Shown here: piece after piece, positions 48,846-57,075 of the stretch
Numbering within the stretch: position 1 is the first letter of the stretch
Layout: every line of letters begins with the position of its first letter
Assembly: GCA_963826865.1 (NCBI GenBank)
Contig: CAWGYQ010000009.1
Coordinates: 14,570 to 78,569, forward strand
From: an uncultured Acidobacteriota bacterium
GTDB lineage: Bacteria; Acidobacteriota; Vicinamibacteria; Vicinamibacterales; CAVPJW01
Reading direction: 5' to 3'
DNA length: 64,000 bases
Notes under the pieces: generated by a model
Database searches by the model: none
What the model saw: only the letters and a program-made list of their open reading frames with translations
Told to the model about the DNA's origin: nothing
Program-made: the position numbers and the translations under genes

Positions 48846-50425
48846 GACGACGCCGCGCCCGCGTAATGGAGCGCGAGAATCTTCGACGTCGAGGTCGCGT
48901 ACGGATCGCGGCGTGCGATACGCAACGTGTCACCATCTCGCCAGCGATCCGCCATCATGGCCTGCGCCGGCCCGCCGCGGGCGAGCGCATCGAGGACCGC
49001 CGCGCGGATCTGCTGCTCGTCGATCTCGCCCAGTCGTGGACTGACGAGCAAATCGACTCTCGTGAGACCGTTTTCCTCCGTCTCGACGAACTGGTAGTCG
49101 GTCGGGTTGCCTCCAAACGCTGCCGGCAGCACGCGATCGATGACGTCGAGGAGCTCTTCGCCGATGAAGTGCATGCCTTCGCTGGTGAGCTTCTCGTGGC
49201 TCCGAACGTGATGGAGATGTCGAAGGAATCCGAGCTCGTCGAGGCCGCAGCCACAACGCCTCTGCGTCACCTTCGCGTAGTCGCCGCTGTCGACGTTCAA
49301 CATGATCTTGGGCGAGGCGGGGTGGATGGTCGTGAGAAAGAGCGCGTCCACGCGCGCCCCGCCGCCCACTGCCAGCGGACGCTGAATCATGGCCAGTTTG
49401 TGCTCGAGAAAATGCACTTCGTCGAGTGCGGCGGGTGACGCGCACGCCAAGCCGATCCGGCCTACCTCGGCCATCGAGTAATGAGCGAAGGCCCCCGCGC
49501 CGGCTTCGGCGATCACGCGCGCCTTGCCGTCCGTATAGGGCTCGCCGCCCGTGCGGAACAGCGACCCGGCGATGTCAAGACCGCGATCAAGGGCAGTCCG
49601 GCAAACGCGCACACACGTTGACACGCTGGCATCGAGCAGCGCGGGCTCGCCGAGCGACTTCTGATGAGCGAGCCACGTGGCCACGCGCCAGGCCTCTTCC
49701 AGCCGCGTGTAGCGGGGCCACGGCACGGCGCCACCCAGAGCCTGGCCGGTGAGGGCGGAGAAGATGGTCAGCACACTGTGGCGCGCGTTTCCCTGACGGA
49801 ACGATATCGGCTGCTGGGTGAACCAGCGCCGAAGCGGACGGCCCTGCTTCGCTCGGCGAAGCGCGGTCTTGAGCCCGGCGGAGCCGGGAGGTACGGGACG
49901 CCACATCCCTGCCGGCCGCGCGAGGCCCTCGATGGTCTTGGCGACGACCATTTCAACGCGCGCTTCATCCGACAGCAGAGCGAGATCGAGCACCATGCGC
50001 CGGCGCACGCCGCGCGATCCGCCGGACGACAGCGTGAAATCGCCGGCGATGAGGGCGTTGTCGAAGCTCGTCGGCGAGACTTCGATGTCGATCCCGGGCC
50101 GGCGAATGGGGTGGCGGCCTTTGAACTCGGCGAGGCTCAGACGCACGCCCGCGTTGTAAAGGCGTTCGAGCGCGCTTTCGACCCCGTCGCGCTCGACCAG
50201 CGGCACGACGTCACCCAGTTCCACCCCTGCGTGCCTGAGAAGCGACAGGTAAGGACTCGTTGGCTGTCGGAAGACGGCGTGGTCGAGCAGCCGCAGAAAG
50301 GCCGGGCCGCGATCGGCGATTGACTGGCGAATCGGCTCGTCGATCGAGTCGGGGTCGATCGGGGTGGCGAGATAACGCACGAGACCGCGCGCATAGCGCA
50401 GTCCCATGGCGGCGGATGCAAGCAT
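48842..50425 (-). CDS. Hypothetical protein, possibly a divergent adenylate-forming enzyme (PaaK/coenzyme-F390-synthetase/GH3-like)
   Basis: 527 aa. SSGGSRGVRRR sits where the ANL/PaaK P-loop (SSGTTGxP) would be. TGGEPYT-, HYSMAE- and C-terminal EKLTSEGMHFIGEELLDVI...YQFVETEENGLTRVDLLV resemble a PaaK-type C-terminal lid. By-eye only. Confidence 0.35.
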   Translation of the reverse strand: MLASAAMGLRYARGLVRYLATPIDPDSIDEPIRQSIADRGPAFLRLLDHAVFRQPTSPYLSLLRHAGVELGDVVPLVERDGVESALERLYNAGVRLSLAEFKGRHPIRRPGIDIEVSPTSFDNALIAGDFTLSSGGSRGVRRRMVLDLALLSDEARVEMVVAKTIEGLARPAGMWRPVPPGSAGLKTALRRAKQGRPLRRWFTQQPISFRQGNARHSVLTIFSALTGQALGGAVPWPRYTRLEEAWRVATWLAHQKSLGEPALLDASVSTCVRVCRTALDRGLDIAGSLFRTGGEPYTDGKARVIAEAGAGAFAHYSMAEVGRIGLACASPAALDEVHFLEHKLAMIQRPLAVGGGARVDALFLTTIHPASPKIMLNVDSGDYAKVTQRRCGCGLDELGFLRHLHHVRSHEKLTSEGMHFIGEELLDVIDRVLPAAFGGNPTDYQFVETEENGLTRVDLLVSPRLGEIDEQQIRAAVLDALARGGPAQAMMADRWRDGDTLRIARRDPYATSTSKILALHYAGAASS

Positions 50426-50459
50426 GAGATGGCGGCCGCCCTTTGGCCCGCCTCAAAGT

Positions 50460-51479
50460 CTAGTCCATGGTGTTTGCAGCAGCGCGTGTCACGCGTCCGA
50501 TTGCCTGAAGCACGCGATCGAGGAAGGAGCGGTCGACGAACGCCGTCGCGTCGGCGTCGGGAGGGAGACTGCCGGCTCGGACGTAGAACTGCCGCGTGTC
50601 TCGGACCGACTCGGGCGTCATCCCTCCATTGACGTCCCAGGTGTCCGCACGCACGAATTGAGTGGCGGCAGGCAGCAGATCCGTGTCGCTTCCCAGCAGA
50701 GTGCTCGCAACAGCGGCGAGCCGCGCCGGATCGCCGCCGATTGTGCGATGCGCCGACAAACAGGCCGCGATCATGTCGTCCACCGCCTGAGGATACGCGC
50801 GCGCGAACTGCCGGTTGACGATCAAGCCGGTAGTAGCCACGTTGGGCCAGCGCCGCGCAAAGTCCTCGATCAACCCGATCGACTCCGGTGCGCGACGCTC
50901 TGTTTCAACGACGTGCTCACGCATGAGCGTGGCGGCATCGACAGCGCCCGCCAGGAAGGCCGCTGCACGGTTGGCGGGGCCGATCATGATGAGCATCTCG
51001 GGCTTCGTGCCCGGGCATTCCTCCGCGATGTACGCCCTCACGAACGCCCCGCCGATTGCGCCCAGACTGTTCAACGCGAGCTTTCGTCCCGCCAGATCGC
51101 GACACTGCACGATCGAGCGTGAGGCGACCAGGAGGTGAGTGTTGCGCGCCTGCTCCATGACGGTCACGACGGGAGCGCCTCGTGCCGCCGCCGCCCAATA
51201 GGTCGGGAGCGCACCGAACGCGACGTCGGCGTGGCCACCCGCCAGCGCCTCCGCGGCCAGCTCGGTTTGCGCGTAGTGGGTGCTTTCGATCTCGTAGCCC
51301 TGCTCGACGAGCCGCTGCGCGGCCACGAGCGCGGGTACGTCGCTCATGTTGGGAGCCGTCGTGCCGGCGACCCGAATGAGCGTCGAGCCCGGGGAGCGAG
51401 CGCTCCGCTCGCAGCCAGAACCAATCGCAACGGCCAGCGCGCAGGCGAGGGCGCCGGCTCTCACGGGGAAGGCCGTCAC
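50460..51479 (-). CDS. NMT1/SsuA-like substrate-binding lipoprotein (paralog 2)
   Basis: Lipobox AIGSG-C. About half of the residues are identical by eye to paralog 3 (…EQGY.IES..YAQT.LAA.ALA.G..DVAFG...TYW.AA.RGAP...VME.AR...LVAS...). Confidence 0.7.
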   Translation of the reverse strand: MTAFPVRAGALACALAVAIGSGCERSARSPGSTLIRVAGTTAPNMSDVPALVAAQRLVEQGYEIESTHYAQTELAAEALAGGHADVAFGALPTYWAAAARGAPVVTVMEQARNTHLLVASRSIVQCRDLAGRKLALNSLGAIGGAFVRAYIAEECPGTKPEMLIMIGPANRAAAFLAGAVDAATLMREHVVETERRAPESIGLIEDFARRWPNVATTGLIVNRQFARAYPQAVDDMIAACLSAHRTIGGDPARLAAVASTLLGSDTDLLPAATQFVRADTWDVNGGMTPESVRDTRQFYVRAGSLPPDADATAFVDRSFLDRVLQAIGRVTRAAANTMD

Positions 51480-52513
51480 GACGCAGGCACGGCGCGAGAC
51501 GGTTGCCGCCCGACGACATCGAGTGCGCGATCCAGAAAGCTGCGGTCGATCATGCTGTCCGGATCGGTGTCGGCCGGCACCGCCCCGGCCCGAGCGAGAA
51601 ACTGCACGGTCCTGGTCATGACGTGCGGCGTCAGGCCACCATTGAGATCCCAGGAGTTGGCCTGCACGAACGCCGTCGCCGTCGGCAGATAGTCCTTGTC
51701 GCCGGCGCCCAGCAGGGATTGGGCCAGGCGTGCCAGCCGCACCGGGTCGTGAGCCACGGCGCGATGTTCAGCAAGACAGGCGATCACGAGATCGTCGATG
51801 CTCTGCGCATGAGCACGCGAGAACGGCACGTTGACCATGACACCCGTGATGGCGATATCCGGCCAGCGAATGCCGAAATCTTCGACCAGCCCGATGCGGT
51901 CGGGAGCGCGCTGCTGGATCTCGATGAAATCCTCACGCATGACGGCAGCCGCATCGACGGCCCCCGCGAGAAACGCGGCCAGCCGTGTGGGCGATCCCGG
52001 CATCACCAGCACATGAGGCTCGGTACCGGAGCATTCCTCGGCAAGATAGAACTTGAGAAGCGACGCGCCGCTGGCGCCCAGCCCGTTGACGGCGAGCCGT
52101 CTCGCCGACAGGTCCGAGCACTTGGTGATGGGCTTGGATGCCACCAGGACGTGGTGGATGCGCGCCAGCTCCATGACCGCCGCGATCGGCGCACCGCGCG
52201 AAGCCGCAGTCCAATAGGTGGAGAATCCTCCAAACGCGACGTCCACGTCGCCAGCGGCGAGCGCCTGCGCCGCCAGCGCGGTCTGGGCGTAGTCGATGCT
52301 CTCGATCAGGTACCCCTGTTCTTTGAGGCGTCCAAGGGCCGCAATCGCCGGCACGTCGGCGAACGTCGCGGTGTTCGCGATGCGAAGCCGACGCGGAGAG
52401 TCCCCGGCCTTTCTGCTTTCGCTCGCGCAGCCTTCGGTGAGCCCCAAAAGCGCGACAGCAGCGAGAACCCCCTGAAAGGTCGCCGAAGGGTGGCGGCGAA
52501 GGATCGGCACCAT
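51476..52513 (-). CDS. NMT1/SsuA-like substrate-binding lipoprotein (paralog 3)
   Basis: The 711-aa ORF 51476..53611 is trimmed to the ATG at 52513 (MVPILRRHPSATFQGVLAAVALLGLTEG-C). The upstream part of that ORF overlaps the M29 gene out of frame. ATGA overlap with paralog 2 (51476-51479). Confidence 0.7.
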   Translation of the reverse strand: MVPILRRHPSATFQGVLAAVALLGLTEGCASESRKAGDSPRRLRIANTATFADVPAIAALGRLKEQGYLIESIDYAQTALAAQALAAGDVDVAFGGFSTYWTAASRGAPIAAVMELARIHHVLVASKPITKCSDLSARRLAVNGLGASGASLLKFYLAEECSGTEPHVLVMPGSPTRLAAFLAGAVDAAAVMREDFIEIQQRAPDRIGLVEDFGIRWPDIAITGVMVNVPFSRAHAQSIDDLVIACLAEHRAVAHDPVRLARLAQSLLGAGDKDYLPTATAFVQANSWDLNGGLTPHVMTRTVQFLARAGAVPADTDPDSMIDRSFLDRALDVVGRQPSRAVPAS

Positions 52514-52515
52514 TC

Positions 52516-53559
52516 CTACTCCATCCCCAGACGGTCGAGCAAATATTGCCCCCTGACGATGACCGGCTCGTCGTCCAACCACACATTGCAGTCGCGGGTC
52601 AGGACGTCGATATGGGTCGAGGAGTTCCACTGCGCGCCCGTCTGAGTGCCGTAAGGATCCCCGAAGGCCAGATGAACACCCGGGAACTTCTCGTCCTGGA
52701 GCAGCACGCCGATGAACTCCGTCAGGCCGAGATTGGTGCCGAACGCCAGCTCCCCCACGCGATCGCTGTTCTCGTCGGTGTGGCAATACTCCCAGAACTC
52801 GTGCTCGAGCTCGGTGCGCTCCGAGCGGGCTTCGACGAGACGGCCCCCTTCGATCGTCAGCACCAGTGGTGTCGCTTTGAGATCGCCGTACTTGCGGTTG
52901 AAGTAGTCGCCGGCCGTGGCGTCGCACACGAACGTGCCGTCGACGCGGCCCGGGGTCGTGAAGACTTCCCCCGCCGGCAGATTCGACCAGTACCGCGGGC
53001 TGATGAGACCGCTCGTCTTGATCCACGCATGCGAGGCGTCGAAGCGCGCCGTGAACGCCGTGCCGGCATCCGTTCTCACGCTCAACGATTGCGCATGGGC
53101 GAGCCGCGCCAGGAGCCGATCGCTCAGCCGATCGATCCGGCGGTAGTCGGCGCGCATACCCTGCTCCATGATGGCGGGAGTGACGCCGATCATGTGCGCG
53201 TAGCGGATCTGACATCGCTCGACGACCGCCACGATCGCCATGCGTGACGACAGCTCGCCCTCGAGAGGCTGGATGCAGAGGATCCCGACGTCGGCCCGTT
53301 CCAGCGCGTCCAGCACTTCGACGGGCGGCTCGCTCAGAGGACGCGGCGCCAGGTCCTCGAGCACACAGCCCGTCCAGGATGCGCCTCGGTCGGTGAGCGC
53401 ACGGGACAGGGCCGCGGCGACTTCGAGGCTGGCTTCGTCGGCGATGAGGGCGACGCGCTCGCCTGCCTGAACGGCCAGACACGTCTCGATAGCGTTTCGG
53501 GCACCAGGCAGCAGCGCCGGATTCAGCGGCGCAAGTGACTCCGTCGTGCGATCGCTCAT
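52516..53559 (-). CDS. M29-family aminopeptidase (AmpS/PepS/aminopeptidase T-like)
   Basis: Start at the ATG at 53559 (ATGA overlap with the upstream stop). LPAGEVFTTP, VGELAFGTN, LLQDEKFPGVHLAFG, NSSTHIDV motifs. Confidence 0.8.
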   Translation of the reverse strand: MSDRTTESLAPLNPALLPGARNAIETCLAVQAGERVALIADEASLEVAAALSRALTDRGASWTGCVLEDLAPRPLSEPPVEVLDALERADVGILCIQPLEGELSSRMAIVAVVERCQIRYAHMIGVTPAIMEQGMRADYRRIDRLSDRLLARLAHAQSLSVRTDAGTAFTARFDASHAWIKTSGLISPRYWSNLPAGEVFTTPGRVDGTFVCDATAGDYFNRKYGDLKATPLVLTIEGGRLVEARSERTELEHEFWEYCHTDENSDRVGELAFGTNLGLTEFIGVLLQDEKFPGVHLAFGDPYGTQTGAQWNSSTHIDVLTRDCNVWLDDEPVIVRGQYLLDRLGME

Positions 53560-54929
53560 GACCGTTCGTGCCCGGTCCACTCCGAGACGACGAAGGCTGG
53601 CACCTGGCCACCCCCGGAGCTCACATTGGCCAGGCCCGTCGCGCTCAGCCGCGTCAGAAAACCGGACAGCCGACCGCGAAACAAGTACGGCGCCAGATCG
53701 ACCAGCACGTCGCGCATCGCAACCGGGTGTCCCGCCTCGAACTGCGGAAAAATCTCGCGTCGCACGGGAATGCGCTCCTGGACCACCCACGCGCCCGTTT
53801 CCCCGCCCGTCGCCGTCTCGATGGTCCGATCCCAGAGAGCCTCGCTCGTCTCCCAGCCCAGCGTCACCCCGTGGCCGCCGTAGTCGTCATTCGGCTTGAT
53901 CACCAGCGTTTCCCGGCGCGAGCGCACGAAGGGCAGCAGATCGATCTCCTGCTCGCCGTAGTGGGTCCGCGTGTCTCGAAGAAGTCTGGTCCACGGAATG
54001 TGATCGCCAATCAGCCCGCGCTCTTCCTGGCTGAACAGACGGCGGTTTCGCTCGTCGGTCAGCACCGCGAAGAACGCCTTCTTGTGCGGGATCTTGCAGC
54101 GCAACGTGTTGGCCATGCAGATTGCGCGCGACCGGTAGGCCTCGATCAAGGCCCCGGACTCTTCCGGACGCGCGATGATGTCGTTGATGAGCACGCGGCG
54201 GTACACCAGGTCGATCGGCTGGCCGAGCGCCGTCAACCGCTTCCCGTCGAATTCGAGGTCGCGCGGATCGCAGACGATCGTCGGAACGCCGCGGGCGACA
54301 AACCGATCGCGGAGGATCTCGAACTCGGACCAGGTGGGCACTTCGCGCCAATCGACGATCGCCACGAGCGGCGGCGACTTGGTGCCGCCCCACTCGCGAT
54401 AGCTGGCGAGCAACGCCTCGAGCATCGAGGCCGAGAGCGGGTAGCTCTGTGTGCCATACCTCTCGCGGAAGCGCGCCATGATCTCGAGCGGATCGAACAG
54501 CTCGGCGAGCGTCTCCGTATAGCCCAGGCCCGCGGGCGACTCGGCGTTGTACTCGGCGAATTTCAGCGCGTCAGGCAACAGGAAGGCGTCGAGCCTCGAG
54601 GCCGTGCTCGCCGTGCCGTAGCCGGGGTCGAGGCGGACGAGCCGCTCCTCGGCGTCCGTCAGGGCGAACTGGCCGAGCAGATCCGGGTCCTGGAGCGCTT
54701 CGTTCGTGACGCGCTCGCCGATGGCGGCCAGCGCTTCCGCGACCCGGCGCACGCGGCGCTCGTCGGCGGCATCGATGAAGAAGGGGCGGAGGAACGGACA
54801 GTGCACGCGCCCGCCGAATGTCAGGCGCGCCCCGCGCATCCTGCCCGTAAGTTCCTCGCCGAAGCCGGGAGACAGCTCCACGTCCTCGCGGAGGAGCGAC
54901 TGCCAGTAGGACGCGGCCGCGGGCATCAT
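53556..54929 (-). CDS. ATP-grasp-superfamily amidoligase, glutathionylspermidine-synthase (GspS/YgiC)-like or circularly permuted ATP-grasp-like
   Basis: Start at the ATG at 54929 (ATGA overlap). SRLDAFLLPDALKFAEYNAESPAGLGY (pre-ATP-grasp motif R.D....g.lK..EyNa.sP), VIKPNDDYGGHGVTLG, WVVQERI, LVDLAPYLF, TRLSATGLANVSSGGGQVPAFVV. Confidence 0.55.
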   Translation of the reverse strand: MMPAAASYWQSLLREDVELSPGFGEELTGRMRGARLTFGGRVHCPFLRPFFIDAADERRVRRVAEALAAIGERVTNEALQDPDLLGQFALTDAEERLVRLDPGYGTASTASRLDAFLLPDALKFAEYNAESPAGLGYTETLAELFDPLEIMARFRERYGTQSYPLSASMLEALLASYREWGGTKSPPLVAIVDWREVPTWSEFEILRDRFVARGVPTIVCDPRDLEFDGKRLTALGQPIDLVYRRVLINDIIARPEESGALIEAYRSRAICMANTLRCKIPHKKAFFAVLTDERNRRLFSQEERGLIGDHIPWTRLLRDTRTHYGEQEIDLLPFVRSRRETLVIKPNDDYGGHGVTLGWETSEALWDRTIETATGGETGAWVVQERIPVRREIFPQFEAGHPVAMRDVLVDLAPYLFRGRLSGFLTRLSATGLANVSSGGGQVPAFVVSEWTGHERS

Positions 54930-55894
54930 CGGCCTTGCGGGGCTCCGACGAACCCGGACGACGCGGCCAGGCCGAGCATCTCCTCCCAGCGAGGCCACGC
55001 CTGGCCAGGCTGGCCGTTCAGCGCGCGGTCGATCACGAGGTCGGCCATCTTCTTGACGACGAGATCGAAGTAGAACGGCGTGATCCGATCGCGCTCGAAG
55101 TCGGGCGCCGGGTTCAGGAAGTCGATCGCATATGGCACATCGTCGCGAATGGCGAACTCGATCGTGTTCATCTCGTAGCCGAGCGCCGTGTTGAGGATTC
55201 GGGCGTCGCGGACGACGCGCTCGCCGACGTCGGCGGAGAGATAGTGGTGGTCCACGATATAGCGCCGATCCCGGACGTCGTACGCCACCGGCGTGATGTC
55301 GGTCTTGCCGAACGTGAAGCACCGCACGTACTGGTTGAAGTCGATGAATTCCTGGAGCGTCATGCAGTACGGCGCCGTGCGATCGTAGGCGGCCAGCAAT
55401 TCCTCCCGGTTTCGCACCTTGTAGACGTGCTTCCAGCCGCCGCCGGAAAACGGCTTCAGGATGGCCGGCCGTCCCACGTAGTCGAGCAGAGCATCCCAGT
55501 CGACGGGGTACTCGAGATTGCGCAGCGATTCGGGCTGAATGTCCACGTCGGCCGGATAGGCCTTCTGCGGCAACAGCACGGTACGCGGCACGGCCACACC
55601 GAGCCGCGAGGCGACCGAGTAATTGAAGAACTTGTCATCGGCCGACCACCAGAACGGGTTGTTGATCACATACGCGCCGTGCAGCACGGCGTGCTTGAGA
55701 TACCCGCGGTAGAAGTCCACTTCGTGCGAGATGCGGTCGACGACTACGCGGTATTCGGCGAGCTCGCCCAGCCGCACGCCGCCCAGCCGCACCAGCTCGG
55801 CCGTTACGTCGTGCTCGCGGCCGAGCGTGTTCACCGCGTCGAGGAATGCGGACGGAAACGAATGCTCCCGTCCGCACAACAATCCAACCTTCAT
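54926..55894 (-). CDS. ATP-grasp domain ligase (RimK/GshB-like size, 322 aa)
   Basis: AILKPFSGGGWKHVYKVRNREELLAAY, MTLQEFIDF, YVRCFTFG, NTIEFAIRDDVPYAIDFLN. ATGA overlaps on both sides. Confidence 0.7.
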   Translation of the reverse strand: MKVGLLCGREHSFPSAFLDAVNTLGREHDVTAELVRLGGVRLGELAEYRVVVDRISHEVDFYRGYLKHAVLHGAYVINNPFWWSADDKFFNYSVASRLGVAVPRTVLLPQKAYPADVDIQPESLRNLEYPVDWDALLDYVGRPAILKPFSGGGWKHVYKVRNREELLAAYDRTAPYCMTLQEFIDFNQYVRCFTFGKTDITPVAYDVRDRRYIVDHHYLSADVGERVVRDARILNTALGYEMNTIEFAIRDDVPYAIDFLNPAPDFERDRITPFYFDLVVKKMADLVIDRALNGQPGQAWPRWEEMLGLAASSGFVGAPQGR

Positions 55895-57022
55895 GCGGTC
55901 CCCTTCGAAGCCACACTGTGACGATCGAGCACGCGCGTCTCCTGCACGACGTGCTGCACGACGGCGCGCAGGTCGCCGGTTTCACGATAGACGCGAAGCT
56001 GGCGGTCGGCGCTGGTGCCCTCGGCCAGAATCGTGTGGACGTAGCTCACTTCCTCGCGGCTCCCGAGCTCGTCGAGCGACATCGTCCACAAAGGCCAGGA
56101 GCTCGAGCGTCAAATCTCGCATCGGCACCTCGGTGCGCTTGCCGAAGTCGATGAGGTTGCCGTCCAGGCCGTAGCGCGAGGCGCGCCACTTGTTCTCCTC
56201 GATGAGCGCGCGCCGGTAGAGCCGGAAGCCCAGGTTCTTCTCGTAGAGCTTGTGGAGCTTCACGATGATGGCCTGGATGAGCGCGGCGATCGCGATGGTC
56301 TCTTCGACGCGAGTCGGGAGATCGCAGACGCGGAACTCGAGCGTGCCGTAATAGGGATGCGGCCGCACGTCCCACCAGATCTTCTTGCCATCGTCGATGC
56401 AGTGGAGATCGGTGAGCAGCTTGACGAAGTTCTCGTACTCGCTCCACGAGCCGAAATGATCCGGAATGCCCGTGCGCGGAAATCGCCGGAAGACGGTGGC
56501 GCGGTACGACTTCAGGCCGGTGTCCCGTCCCATCCAGAACGGTGAGCTCGTCGAGAGCGCCAGCAGGTGCGGCAGGAAGTACCGCGCGGCGTTCATGAGA
56601 TCGATTGTCGTGTTCTTGTCGGGCATCGCCACGTGGACGTGCAACCCGAAGATGAGCAGTGAGCGGGCGAGCTGCTGCAGCTCTTCGACGATGTGCTTGT
56701 AGCGCTCGCCGGGCGAGATGACCTGATCGATCCAGCTCGAAAAGGGATGAGTGCCCGCCGCCGCCACGCAGAGGCCGACATTCTCGGCGGCCGTGACGAG
56801 CTGCTCGCGGTTCTTGGTGAGCTCCACGCGCAACTCGTCCATGTCGGCGCAGATATGCGTGCCGACCTCGACGATCGACTGGTGCAGCTCGCGCCTGATC
56901 TGCTCGCCCAGCGTCTTCGCGCTCGATTCGATCAGGTGCGTGACGTGCGAGCGCAGCTCCCACGTCTCGGGATCGACGATCTGAAACTCTTCCTCGACGC
57001 CTAGCGTGAACCGATGTGACAT
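55891..57022 (-). pseudogene. Carboxylate-amine ligase, YbdK/GCS2 (glutamate-cysteine ligase family 2), interrupted by a +1 frameshift at ~56080
   Basis: MSHRFTLGVEEEFQIVD..., ELHQSIVEVGT, GLHVHVAMPD, WWDVRPHPYYGTLEFRVCD. After ...LLAFVDD the conserved tail SLDELGSREEVSYVHTILAEGTSADRQLRVYRETGDLRAVVQHVV continues in the frame of ORF 55891..56091. Confidence 0.85.
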
Positions 57023-57075
57023 GACCACCACCTGCAAGACCCGCCCACCGAGACGCGGGTATCATAGCCCGGCCC

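Noticed and set aside
51476-53611. A 711-aa ORF that would fuse an N-terminal 366-aa region to the third SBP paralog.
   Set aside because: The N-terminal part overlaps the M29 aminopeptidase gene out of frame and is Arg-rich nonsense. The SBP homology begins at the internal ATG at 52513, with a lipoprotein signal, 2 nt after the M29 stop.
54926-55894. Graspetide (microviridin-type RiPP) cluster, because of the ~320-aa ATP-grasp ligase.
   Set aside because: No small precursor-peptide ORF is visible beside the ligase genes. The protein does not resemble MdnB/MdnC-type ligases by eye. The neighbours (GCS2, GspS-like) point to small-molecule or peptide ligation rather than macrocyclisation.
21008-56080. 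Programmed ribosomal frameshifting or recoding as the explanation for the seven frame switches.
   Set aside because: There is no shared slippery heptamer and no common downstream structure. The sites fall in unrelated housekeeping-type enzymes whose homologues are single-frame proteins. Random single-base insertions (error or decay) are the simpler reading.
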